Assembly: GCA_035221665.1 (NCBI GenBank)
Contig: CM069165.1
Location: forward strand, 3,596,001-3,660,000
Direction of reading: 5' to 3'
Length of the DNA: 64,000 bases
Source: Okamejei kenojei
Taxonomy: Eukaryota
Shown here: in pieces, positions 37,400 to 50,030 of the stretch
Layout: each line of letters opens with the position of its first letter
Position numbering within the stretch: position 1 is the first letter of the stretch
Notes under the pieces: model-generated
The model's database searches: none
What the model was told of the DNA's origin: nothing
The model's input: the letters and a program-made list of their open reading frames with translations, nothing else
Program-made: the position numbers and the translations under genes

Positions 37400-38977
37400 C
37401 TAGAACAAGTGGGACCAGTTGGGGGGGNNNNNNNNNNNNNNNNNNNNNNNNNNNNNNNNNNNNNNNNNNNNNNNNNNNNNNNNNNNNNNNNNNNNNNNNN
37501 NNNNNNNNNNNNNNNNNNNNNNNNNNNNNNNNNNNNNNNNNNNNNNNNNNNNNNNNNNNNNNNNNNNNNNNNNNNNNNNNNNNNNNNNNNNNNNNNNNNN
37601 NNNNNNNNCTCTCTAACCACCCCTCTCAACACACACACACACTAACCCGCACTTGATATTATATAAATATTATTCATTCGCTCATTTTACCCCATCCCAC
37701 GCCCTACCCACTCGGGCATAACCCCAACTGCGCAAGCGCGCCTAGATTGGGAGAGGGAGGGTGTAAAGCGAGAGGGCAGAGAGAGAGGGCNNNNNNNNNN
37801 NNNNNNNNNNNNNNNNNNNNNNNNNNNNNNNNNNNNNNNNNNNNNNNNNNNNNNNNNNNNNNNNNNNNNNNNNNNNNNNNNNNNNNNNNNNNNNNNNNNN
37901 NNNNNNNNNNNNNNNNNNNNNNNNNNNNNNNNNNNNNNNNNNNNNNNNNNNNNNNNNNNNNNNNNNNNNNNNNNNNNNNNNNNNNNNNNNNNNNNNTAGA
38001 GATAGAGGGCAGAGAGACAGAAGGCAGAGAGAGGGCAGAGAGCGGTTAGAGAGAGGGCAAAGACGGAGAAGGCAGAGGGAGAGAGGGCAGAGAGAGGGAC
38101 AGCAGAGAGAGAGAGAGAGCGCAGGGAGAGAAGGCAGCGAGAGGAAGGGGCCAGAGAGAAGGCAGATATAGGGAAAGATGGCAGAAACAGAGAGAGAGAT
38201 AGAGGGCAGAGACAGTGGGAGAAGGGAGGGACAAAGAGAAGGCAGAGGCAGAGAGTGATGGGGCAGGCAGAGAGGGAAGAGAAAGGGAGAGACGGTAGAG
38301 ACAGAGAGAGAGCAGAGACAGAGAAATGGCAGAGACGGAGAGGGCGAAGAGATAGACAGGGGGCAGAGACATAGAGAGAGGGCAGAGAGAGAGACCAACG
38401 GCAGAGGCGGAGAGAGGGCAGACACAGAGAAGGCAGAGACAGATAGAGAGCGCAGAAACAGAGAGAGGGCAGAGATAGAGAGTGTGCAGAGACAGAGAGA
38501 GAGGGCAGAGAATGAGAGAGAGGGGGCAGATACATAGAGGGGGGACTAAGTCAGAGAGAGGGGCAGAGACAGGGAGAGGGGGCAGAGAGAGAGAAAGAGG
38601 ACAGAGACAGACGGAGAGGGCGTCGGGCGGACGTGGAATCGAGCAGTAGCCTCCCCACCAGGCGCCGACCCGAGGACCCCGAGCGAGGCGGCCGGCTGAT
38701 TTTATTTTCGATGTTATTTCAGATTTTGAACATTAATAACTCGGGAAATAATGCTTGAATTTTGCAGATGAGGCAGTTTCCGTTTCCACTGGATAACTGT
38801 CTCCCAGAATAAGAAAAAATATTACCGTTACCGCATCGTTTTCGAGAAAGTATGATCCAACACAAACAACTGAACACACGCACACGCACGCACACACCAC
38901 ACACATACAACATCACAGTTTTAATAGTTACTAGACCGTTGCCTCCACGTGCTGTGGCTGGGGGCAGCCTGCGGGCG

Positions 38978-39018
<41 letters not shown>

Positions 39019-39063
39019 CCCCCCCTCCCCCCATACTCACACAAAACTAACAACCCCCCCCCC

Positions 39064-39113
<50 letters not shown>

Positions 39114-41100
39114 CCACCTCCTGGATATTATATTAATATTATTCATTCCCTCCTTTTACCCCATCGCCGCCCTATCCACTTACGCATCGTCCCCACCTCG
39201 TAGGCGCGTCTAGAGAGGGAGAGGGAGGGGGGCAGCGAGAGAGAGGGCACAGAGAGATTGGGCAGAGACAGAGGGGCAGAGACAGAGACAGAGACAGAGG
39301 GGCAGAGACAGAGAGAGAGGGGCGAGAGCGAGAGGGCAGAGAGAGAGGGGAGAGAGGGATGGAACGGGAGAGCGAGAGAGGGAGAGGGGGCAGCGAGAGG
39401 GGGAAGAGAGTGTGGTGGAGAGAAGGGTGGATGGGATGGAGAGTGGGAGAGGAGGGGAGAGGGGAGAGAGGGGGGAGAGACGGTGATATCGTGGGGTAGA
39501 GAGAGGGGGTGAGAGAGGGGAAGTGAGGTGGAAAAGAGAGGGGGAGAGAAGTGGAGATAGGGGGAGAGGGGGAGAGGAAGGGGGTAGAGTAGGATGCGGA
39601 AGAGGAGTAGGAGAGGGGAGGAGGAGGGGGAGGAGGAGGGGGATGAGGGGGCGAGAGTGGGGTGGAGAGAGGCGGAGAGATGGAGAGTGTGAGAAAAAAA
39701 GGAGGAGTTGGAAGAGGGGGCAGAGAAGGGATGGAGAGAGCGGGTGAGAGAAGGGAGAGACGGGAGAGAGTGAGGGGGCAGAGAGTGTGAGGGGGAGAGT
39801 GCGGGGAGAGAGAGGGTGGGGAGAGAAGGGGGAGATAGCAGGGGAGAGAGTGGGCTCAGAGAGAGAGGTGGAGCGAGGTGAAAGAGAGAAAAAGGGAAAG
39901 AGAGACAGGGGTGCGATAGAGGGTGAGGGAGGGGGGGTTATAGAGTGGGGAGAGAGATATGAACGAGTAGTGTAGGGAAGGAGGGGGAAGAGAGAGAGGG
40001 GGAGAGAGAGGGGGGCAGAAGGGCGGGAGAGAGAGTGGGGAGAGAATGGGGGAGAGAGAGTGGGAGAGAAAGGGGGAGAGAGAGGGGGGAGAAAGGGGGA
40101 GAAAAAAGGGGGAGAGAGAGGGCGAGAGAGGGCGAGAGAGGGGAGGAAGATAGGGGGGAGGCCCAGGCCGAGCCGGGGAACGGACCCGAGACGAGGCGTG
40201 AGCGTGAATCGTTCAACGCTCCCGGGAGCTCTCGGTTACAGGGCCCGATGAAGGTGGAGGGGAAGGGGGAGAGGGTGGAGGGGGAGGGGGAGGGGGAAAG
40301 GGAGGGAGTAGGGAGGGTGAGGGGAGGGGAGGTGTGAGGGGGAGGGAGAGGAGTTAGGGGAGGAGTGGGGGAGAGAGGGGCGCTTAGAGGAATCGGTGAG
40401 AGGTGGAGGTGAGGGGGAGATGGGGAACGAGGGGATGAGAGAGGCCGGTAGAGGGGAGAAAGGATGAGGCGGGTTCATCTCCGGCAGATTCCTGAACGAG
40501 GGAGCAGGGAGCATCTCCAGTAGCATGTGTCCAATAACTGGGGGCAGGAGAGAGAGGTGGGGCAGAGGCGGGCAGAGAGTGGGGGGAGGCCCGGGACGAG
40601 CCCAGGAACGGACCAGAGCCGAGGCGCGAGCGTGCGTCGACCGAAGCTCTCGGGAACTCGGATACAGGGCCCGAGCCGAGCCGAGTCGAGCCGAGGCGCG
40701 AGCGAGCGAGTGTCGACCAAAGGCCGCTGTTGTCTTCAGCTGTAGAAGTACCGGGCCCGACTTGCTCCTTCTTCACTCACAGCGCAGTCTTCAACTATGA
40801 TCTTTGGTCTTCAGTCGACGGGCCGACTTTTGAATAACGGGGAGAGTAGGGAGAGTGTGACGTCACTCGCAGCGCGAGCAGACGACAGACAGACAGATCC
40901 ATTGTGACGTCATCATCGAAAAACAGTCTTTTTGACCAACGTTTCATCGGATTGGTGAACATTTTGATTAATAACTCGAGAAATAATGCATTAACATTTC
41001 AGATAAGGCGTTTTCTTGGCTTCACGGGATAAATTTCTACCGGAAATGTAAAAATGCTACTGTTCGCGTGTCAATTTTTTAAAAGATGTGAGCGCAAANN
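37400..41100 (+). repeat. Two tandem CpG-rich interspersed elements with internal CA and GA/G-rich expansions (possibly non-autonomous Helitron/Helentron-like); related blocks at about 24400-24940 and 62440-63760
   Basis: 37610-37790 resembles 39100-39260; 38700-38930 resembles 40950-41100 and 24720-24930; units begin with CTAGA. No coding capacity, so the class is a guess. Confidence 0.5.
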
Positions 41101-42110
41101 NNNNNNNNNNNNNNNNNNNNNNNNNNNNNNNNNNNNNNNNNNNNNNNNNNNNNNNNNNNNNNNNNNNNNNNNNNNNNNNNNNNNNNNNNNNNNNNNNNNN
41201 NNNNNNNNNNNNNNNNNNNNNNNNNNNNNNNNNNNNNNNNNNNNNNNNNTATAGTTACAGGGATATGGATATAATGGGGAGAAGCATGTTAATGGGGATG
41301 GTTGGGAAGCCATGATTGAATGGCGGAGTAGACTTGTTGGGCCAAATGGCTTACTATTCTCCTGTGTGTTATGATAGAACAGAGAACAGTACAGCACAGT
41401 AACGGCCATTCGGCCCACAATGTTTGTGCGGAACATGCCGCCAAGTTGAACTGATCTCTTCAGCCTCCATGTGATCCACATTCCTCCATTCCTTACATTT
41501 CCAAGTGCCTATCTGAAAGCCTCTTAAATTCCATTCTCGTTTATTCCTCCACCACCACACTCCACAGCGTATTCCAGGCCCACACAACCTTAGGTGTAAA
41601 AATAGTTGCTCCACAGATCACGTTTAAACGTTGCTCCTCTCATTTTCAAGCTATCCCTTCCAGCCTTTGGCATTTCCACCCTTTGGGCATGTTCTGACTG
41701 TCTACTCTCGCTACGATTCCACAAATTCGCAACACTCTGAGTGAAAACGTTTTTTCTCACCTCAGTATTAAATATAAAATTATAAAAGGACTGGACAAGC
41801 TAGATCCAGGAAATATGTTCCCAATGTTGGGCCCGTCCTGAACCAGCGGCGACAGTCTTAGAATAAAGGGGAGGCCATTTGAGACTGAGGTGAGAAAAAT
41901 CTTTATCACCCAGAGAGATGTTAATATGTGGAATTCACTTCCACAGAGGGGAGTGGAAGCCAAATCAATGGATTGATTTAAGAGTGAGTTAGATGGAGCT
42001 CGGCGGGCTCCTGGAATCAAGAGATATGGGGAGAAGGCATGCACGGGTTATTGATTGGGGACGATCAGCCATGATCACAATGAATGCCGGTGCTGGCTCG
42101 AAGGGGCGAA

Positions 42111-45100
42111 TAGAAACATAGAAACATAGAAATTAGGTGCAGGAGTAGGCCATTCAGCCCTTCGAGCCTGCACCGCCATTCAATATGATCATGGCTGATC
42201 ATCCCACTCAGTATCCCGTACCTGCCTTCTCTCCATACCCTCTGATCCCCTTAGCCACAAGGGCCACATCCAACTCACTCTTAAATATAGCCAATGAACT
42301 GGCCTCAACTACCCTCTGTGGCAGAGAGTTCCAGAGACTCACCACTCTCTGTGTGAAAAAAGTCTTTCTCATCTCGGTCTTAAAGGATTTCCCCCTTATC
42401 CTTAAGCTGTGACCCCTTGTCCTGGACTTCCCCAACATCGGGAACAATCTTCCTGCATCTAGCCTGTCCAACCCCTTAAGCATTTTGTAAGTTTCTATAA
42501 GATCCCCTCTCAATCTCCTAAATTCCAGAGAGTATAAACCGAGTCTATCCAGTCTTTCTTCATAAGACAGTCCTGACATCCCAGGAATCAGTCTTGTGAA
42601 CCTTCTCTGCACTCCCTCTATGGCAATAATGTCCTTCCTCAGATTTGGAGACCAAAACTGTACGCAATACTCCAGGTGTGGTCTCACCAAGACCCTGTAC
42701 AACTGAAGTAGAACCTCCCTGCTCCTGTACTCAAATCCTTTTGCTATGAAAGCTAACATACCATTCGCTTTTTTCACTGCCTGCTGCACCTGCATGCCTA
42801 CTTTCAATGACTGGTGTACCATGACACCCAGGTCTCGCTGCATCTCCCCTTTTCCTAATCGGCCACCATTTAATTAATAGTCTGCATTCCTGTTTTTGCC
42901 ACCAAAGTGGATAACCTCACATTTATCCACATTATACTGCATCTGCCAAACATTTGCCCACTCACCCAGCCTATCCAAGTCACCTTCTGTCTCCTAGCAT
43001 CCTCCTCACAGCGAACACTGCCCCCCAGCTTAGTGTCATCCGCAAACTTGGAGATATTGCCTTCAATTCCCTCATCCAGATCATTAATATATATTGTAAA
43101 TAGCTGGGGTCCCAGCACTGAGCCCTGCGGTACCCCACTAGTTACTGCCTGCCATTGTGAAAAGGACCCGTTTACTCCTACTCTTTGCTTCCTGTTTGCC
43201 AGCCAGTTCTCTATCCACATCAATACTGAACCCCTAATACCGTATGCTTTAAGTTTGTATACTAATCTCTTATGTGGGACCTTGTCGAAAGCCTTCTGGA
43301 AGTCCAGATATACCACATCCACTGGTTCTCCCTTATCCACGCAACTAGTTACATCCTCGAAAAATTCCACAAGATTCGTCAGACATGATTTACCTTTTGT
43401 AAATCCATGCTGACTTGGTCCAATGATTTCACCACTTTCCAAAAGTGCTGCTATCCCATCTTTAATAACTGACTCTAGCAGTTTCCCCACTACCGATGTT
43501 AGACTAACTGGTCTGTAATTCCCCGTTTTCTCTCTCCCTCCCTTCTTAAAAAGAGGGGTTACATTTGCTACCCGCCAATCCTCAGGAACTACTCCAGAAT
43601 CTAAAGAGTTTTGAAAGATTATCACTAATGCATCTACTATTTCCTGAGCTACTTCCTTAAGTACTCTGGGATGCAGCCTATCTGGCCCTGGGGATTTTTT
43701 CGGCCTTTAATGTATTCAATTTACCCAACACCACTTCCCGACTGACCTGGATTTCACTCATTTCCTCCTTTGACCCACAGTCCCCTGCTATTTCAGGCAG
43801 ATTATTTATGTCTTCCTTAGTGAAGACGGAACCAAAGTAGTTATTCAATTGGTCCGCCATATCCTTGTTCCCCATGATCAACTCACCTGTTTCTGACTGC
43901 AAGGGACCTACATTTGTTTTAACTAACCTCTTTCTCTTCACATATCTATAAAATCTTTTGCAGTCAGTTTTTATGTTCCCTGCCAGTTTTCTATCATAAT
44001 CTATTTTTCCTTTCCTAATTAAGCCCTTTGTCCTCCTCTGCTGGTCTCTGAATTTCTCCCAGACCTCTGGTATGCTGCTTTTTCTGGCTACTTTGTACGC
44101 ATCATCCTTTGCTTTGATACTATCCCTGATTTCCCTTGTTATCCACGGATGCACTACCTTCCCCGATTTATTCTTTTGCCAAACTGGGATGAACAATTTT
44201 TGTAGTTCATCCATGCAGTCTTTAAATGTCTTCCATTGTATATCCACCGTCAACCCTTTTAGAATTAATTGCCAGTCAATCTTGGCCAATTCACGTCTCA
44301 TACCCTCAAAGTTACCTTTCTTGAAGTTCAGAACCATTGTTTCTGAATTAACAATGTCACTCTCCATCCTAATGAAGAACTCAACCATATTATGGTCACT
44401 CTTGCCCAAGGGGGCACGTACAACAAGACGGCTAATTACCCCTTCCTCATTACTCAAAACCCAGTCTAAAATAGCCGGCTCTCTCGTTGGTTCCTCTACA
44501 TGTTGATTTAGATAACTATCCCGCATACATTCCAAAAAATCCTCTTCCTCAGCACCCCTGCCAATTTGATTAACCCAATCTATATGTAGATTGAAGTCAC
44601 CCATTATAACTGTTTTGCCTTTGTCGCACGCATTTCTAATTTCCTGTTTGATACCATCCCCAACTTCTCTGCTACTGTTAGGTGGCCTGTACACAACACC
44701 CACCAGCGTTTTCTGCCCCTTAGTGTTTTGTAGCTCTACCCATACCGATTCCACATCCTCCAAGCTAATGTCCTTCCTTTCCATTGCGTTAATCCCCTCT
44801 CTAACCAGCAACGCTACCCCACCTCCTTTTCCTTTCTCTCTATCCCTCCTGAATATTGAATATCCCTGGATGTTCAGCTCCCAGCCTACGTCACCCTGGA
44901 GCCATGTCTCCGTGATCCCAACTATATCATAATCATTAATATCTATCTGCACGTTCAACTCGTCCACCTTATTACGAATACTCCTTGCATTGAGACACAA
45001 AGCCTTCAGGCCTGTCTTTACAACGCACTTACCCCTTATACAATTTTGCTGAAAAGTGGCCCTTTTTGATTTTTGGCCTGGTTTTGTCTGCCTGCCACTA

Positions 45101-45386
45101 TTTTTCACCTTGCTACCTAATGCTTCTACCCTCATTTTACACCCTCCTGCCTCTCTGCTCTTGTACCCATCCCCCTGCCACATTAGTTTAAATCCTCCCC
45201 GACAGCTCTAGCAAACACTCCCCCAAGAACATTGGTTCCATTCCATTCCAGGTGCAAACCGTCCTGTTTGTACCGGTCCCACCTCCCCCAGAACTGGTCC
45301 CAGTGCCCTAAAAATCTGAATCCCTCCCCCTTGCACCACTTTTCAAGCCACGTATTCATTTGCATTATCCTCCTATTTCTACTATT
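42111..45386 (-). mobile_element. Young CR1 LINE with almost intact ORF2 (APE + RT) and ORF1 3' end, nested in an older CR1 tail
   Basis: ORFs 43678-45183, 42870-43625 and 42208-42843 are contiguous ORF2 parts separated by frameshifts; [38 protein letters not shown]; (AGAAACAT)n tail. Confidence 0.96.
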
Positions 45387-45489
45387 TCTACTCCTCCTGC
45401 ACATATTTACTATGTAATTGTGGTATACTTCTGTCAGATCTCACCTCAACCTCAGCAATTCCAATGAAAACAATCCAAGTCCTTCCAAT

Positions 45490-45900
45490 CTCGCCCTGTA
45501 GCTGAAACCCTCTAATCCAGGCATCATTCTGGTAAACGTCTTCTGCACCCGCTACAACCATTCCCTGTAGCTAAAGTCCTCTAATTCTGGCAACACTCTG
45601 GTAAGTCACCACTGCACCCTTTCCAACCTATCCCTGTAGCTAAAGCCCACGAAAACGGGCAGCATTCTGGTAAACCTCTTCTAGACCTTCTCTCTGCAGC
45701 AAAAGCTCCCGAATCTTGGCAGTATTCTGGTAAACCCCCCGGGCATCATTCCCAACCTCCCAGTAGCTCGAGCCCACTAATCCAGGCAGCATTCAGGTAA
45801 ATCTCCTCTACAACGTTTCAAACATCTCCCTGCATCTAAAGCCCTCTAATCCGGGAGCATTCTCGTAAATGTCCTCTGAACTCTCTCCAAAGCCCCCGCA
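45490..45900. repeat. Tandem repeat of about 69 bp (about 6 copies) derived from a CR1 ORF2 segment
   Basis: Unit CCTGTAGCTAAAGCCCTCTAATCCAGGCAGCATTCTGGTAAACCTC.TCTGCACC near 45495, 45564, 45633, 45693, 45760, 45829. Confidence 0.85.
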
Positions 45901-46634
45901 TCCATTATCCAAATGGGGTGAACAGAACGGGACACATTACTCCAAATGAGGCCTCACCAAAGAGCTATAAAGCTGCATCGTGACTTCCTGACTCTGGCAC
46001 TCTTTGCCCAACTGTTGATGGCAAGCATACCGTATTTGGCACGCTACTTACTTGCGCTACCTCCTTCAATAAGCTATGTAATCAGATAACAAGGTCCCCT
46101 TGCTCATCGATGCTTTTAAGTGTCTTGCCATTAACTGCTGATGTTCCCTTTGTGTTCGATCTCCCATAATGCAATACCTCATACACTTGCTCGGGTTAAA
46201 ACCAATTTGTCATTTTTCCGATCATTTCTGTGGTTGATCTATATCCCGCTGCATCTTCAGAGAGTTTTCCTCACTGTCTGCAACTCTTCCAAATTTAATA
46301 ACCAAAAAAACACTTTAGGTCAGTTTATTATTGTCACCGAAGTACAGTGAAAAGCGTTTGTGTCGCATGCTATCCATTCAGCGGAAATACAATGCATGAT
46401 CTCAATCAAGCCGTCCCCAGTGTAAACACCTAGATAATGGGAACCACGTTCAGTATAAGTTATAGTAAGGTAAGTTTCGATTAAATGTAGTTCAAACATC
46501 ACCAATAAGGTAGATGGTAGGTCAGGACCGCTCCCTAGCTGGGAAGAGGACGGTTGAGTTGCCTGCTGACAGCTGGGAAGATACAGGCCCGTCGTCTGGA
46601 GGTGTGCGTTTTCACACTTCTGAAACCCTTTCCT

Positions 46635-49600
46635 GATGGAAGAGGGGAGAAGATGGAGTGACCGGGTGAGACTGATCTATGTTTATTCTGGTGGCTTTGA
46701 GCGGTTGAATGAGGTGTAGATCATATAGATGGTGTCCATGGAAGGGAGATTAGTTTGCGTAATGGTCTCGGCTGCTTTCACAATTTTTTGCAGTTTCTTG
46801 CGGTTCTTGGACGGAGCTGTTCCCAAACTATGCTGTAATGCATCCCGATAAATTGTTTTCTATGGCGTATCTGCAGAGGTTGAACAGAGATGTTGGGGAC
46901 ATACCGAACCTCCAAATCTTTCTAAGGCAGTAAAGGCGTCTGTGTGCTTTCTCGGCCATTGCTTAGATTTTGCTGGTTCAAGAATATATGCTGGTGATAT
47001 TTACTCCTCGGAACATTGATCTTATCAAATGTATTTCTACCCAACTTTAGGAGTGGAATGAGAGAGTAGCCAGGATATCTGATGATGCTGGCAGGGTGTT
47101 TGTGGCAGTGACTCCTATAGATCCCTTTAATGGTGGGGAAATCAGTACGTGATGGATTGGGCAGTGTCTACCAATCTCTGTTATTTAATTTGTTCCTGAG
47201 CCTTGTAGATGCCCAACCAGGCCGATATGCAACCTGTTAACATGCTTTCTATTTATGTGATCTACTGGGAGAAGCTTTGAAAATTAGAAGAGTTGCAAAC
47301 ATTGAGGAATGATGCAAGAAGATACTGCGGGTTGGAGGTCAGCTGCAGAAATGGGCGGACAAACGGCAGATGGAGTTTAACGTAAGCAAGTGTGTGAGCT
47401 GTTGCACTTTTTGAGTTTGAATGTAAGGTGAAAGTCTGGAGTTATTAGCAAGACCTTCAACAGCATTGATGTGTAGTGATGACATGGAGTCCAAGTTCAT
47501 CGCTCACTGAAGGTGGCATCACAAGTAGGTAGAGCGGTAAAACCAATCAAGAGAATATTCGTTGATATGTAGATCGAGTCGATGGAAAGAGGGATTGTTT
47601 TCCGCGATGGTCAGAGCTGCGTCTAAAATTCCATCGCTCCTGGTAGCGCGTTCCGGGCCCCGCCACGTTCTGTGCATAAAAAACCTGTAAAATGTGCCCC
47701 TCTCACGTTAAAACTACGCTCTATAATCTTTGACATTGATATGGTGGTGGAGGGGGTGGGTGTAGTTTCTGACTGTTTATCCTATATACCTCTCTCGGAA
47801 ATTTATATTACTTCTATCAGGTCTCCAATGAACCTGTGAGGTTCCGGAGAAGTGATCCAAGTCTGTGTAACTGCTCTTTGTAGTTATGCACTCTATTCTT
47901 TTACATGGGCATTTATCTGTACAAATAGTTTAGGAAGAAGGTGAATCTAACCGTCAGTTTACCCACTCTCTCTTATTCGCCGCCTCTTCCTTTTTACAAG
48001 GTATGGTAAGTGTTGGGGGTGAGAGGGAGAGAGCATGAGATAGTGTAATACTCCCACCCAGTGGCTGAGAACCGCCACTGCGATTCCTACACCCCATCCC
48101 AGTCTCTGTGACATCCTCCCCCCCGGTGCCTATACCACTCTCCTGATGTCTGTAACACCCTCGCCTTGGGCCCCTACACTCCGCCATGTCTCTGACCACC
48201 ACCCAGGCGGCACTTACACCCCTCTCCTTATTTCTGTGACTCCCTCCCTCTCCAGCCCCGACACCCCCTCTTCCAGTCACTGTATCTCCCTCCCCTCCGG
48301 CCTCGACACCCTTCACCCAATGGAAGAGGGGAGAAGATGGGCTGACCGGGGTGAGGCTGGTCTTTGTTCATTGTGGTGACCTTGAGCGGAGGCATGAGGT
48401 GTAGATGGTGTAGATGGTGTCCATGGAATGGAGATTAGTTTGCGTGATGGTCTCGGCTGCTTCCACAATTCTCTGAGGTTCCTTGCGGTTCTTGGACGGA
48501 GCTGCTCCCAAACCAGGTTGTAATGCATCCCGATAAATTGTTTTCTATGGCATATCTGTAGAGGTTGAACAGAGGTGTTGGGGACATGCCGAACCTCCAA
48601 AGCTTTCTAATGCAATAAAGGCGTTGGTGTGCTTTCTATGCCATTGCTTAGATGTGACTGGTCCAAGATTTGATGCTGATGATATTTACTCCCCGGAACT
48701 TTGATCGTATCAAGTTTATTTATACCCAACGTTAGGAGTGAACCGAGGGAGTAGCCAGGGTGGTATGTGTATCTGATTATGCTGGCAGTCTTTTTGAGAC
48801 AGTGTCTCCTATAGATTCCCTTGATGGTGGGGAAGTCAGTACCCGTGATGGATTGGGCAGTGTCTACCCATCTCTGTAATTGCCTTTGTTCCTGGACATT
48901 CAAGATGCCGAGCCAGGCTGTGATGCAACCAGTTCACATGCTCTCCACTGTATGTGAGCTACAGGGAGAAGTTTTGAAAATTGGAAGAGTAAAACATTGA
49001 GGAAGGCTCTCAGAAGATACAAAGGGATGGAGGTCAGCTGCAGAAATGGGTGGAATTTAGCACGAGCAAGTGTGTGATCCGTTGCATTGTGTGAGTTTGA
49101 ATGAAAGGTGAAAGTCGACAGTAATTAGCAAGACCATCACAGCATTGATGTGTAGTGGTAACTTGGAGTCCAAGTTCATAGCTCACTGAAGGTGGCAGCA
49201 CAAGTACGTTGAGCGGTAATGAAATTCAAGCGAGTATACGTTGATGTGTAGATGGAGTCGATGGAAGGGAGGTCGGTTTCCGTGATGGTCAGAGCTGCGT
49301 GCATAATTCCACCGCTTCTGTCAGCGCGTTCCAGGCCCACATCACTAACTGTGTCTAAAAAACTTGCCACGCATATTTCCTATAGATTTTGACTCTTTCA
49401 CCTTAAAGTTATGCTCTCTAATCTTTGACATTAGTATGGTGGTGGTGTTGGAGGGGGGGGGGGAGTTTTCTGACTGTTTATCCTATCTACCGCTCTCGGA
49501 AATGTATATTGTTTCTGTCGGGTCTCCAATCAACCTGTGAGGTTCCGGAGAAATAATCCAAGTCTGTGCAACCTCTCCTACTAGTTAATACATTTTAATC

Positions 49601-50030
49601 CTTTCCCTGGGCATTCATCTGTCCAAATAGTTTGGGAAGAGGGGGAATAGAGCCGACAGTTTACACACACTCTCTTGTTCGCCCGCTGCATCTGTTACAA
49701 GGTTTGGGTAGGGTTGGGTGTGAGAGGGAGAGAGCATTAGATAGTGAAATACTCCCACCCAGTGGCGGAGAACAACCACTTCGAAACCTACACCCCTCCC
49801 ATTCTCTGTGATTTGCTCCCCTCGGCGCCTCTACCTCTCTCCCGATGTCTGTAACACCCACACCTCTGGCCCCTACACCCCGCCCTGTCGCTGTGACCAC
49901 CTCACAGCCGGCACCTACACCGCTCTCCCTGTTTCTGTGATGCCATCCCTCTCCAGACCCGGCACACCCTCTCCCCGTCAATGTATCCCCCTCCGTTCCG
50001 GCACCTACACCACCTCTCGCCGTATCTATG
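46635..50030. repeat. Older tandem duplication, period about 1.7 kb
   Basis: 46635-48310 aligns collinearly with 48318-50030, clearly diverged; each unit ends in a C-rich minisatellite of about 38 bp. Confidence 0.85.

Noticed and set aside
40850-40915. CRE palindromes as a V-beta promoter
   Set aside because: Inside an interspersed repeat; no leader or V exon nearby on either strand.
49753-49770. CCACCCAGTGGCGG as a CTCF site (four copies)
   Set aside because: Mismatches at the conserved central AG of the CTCF core.
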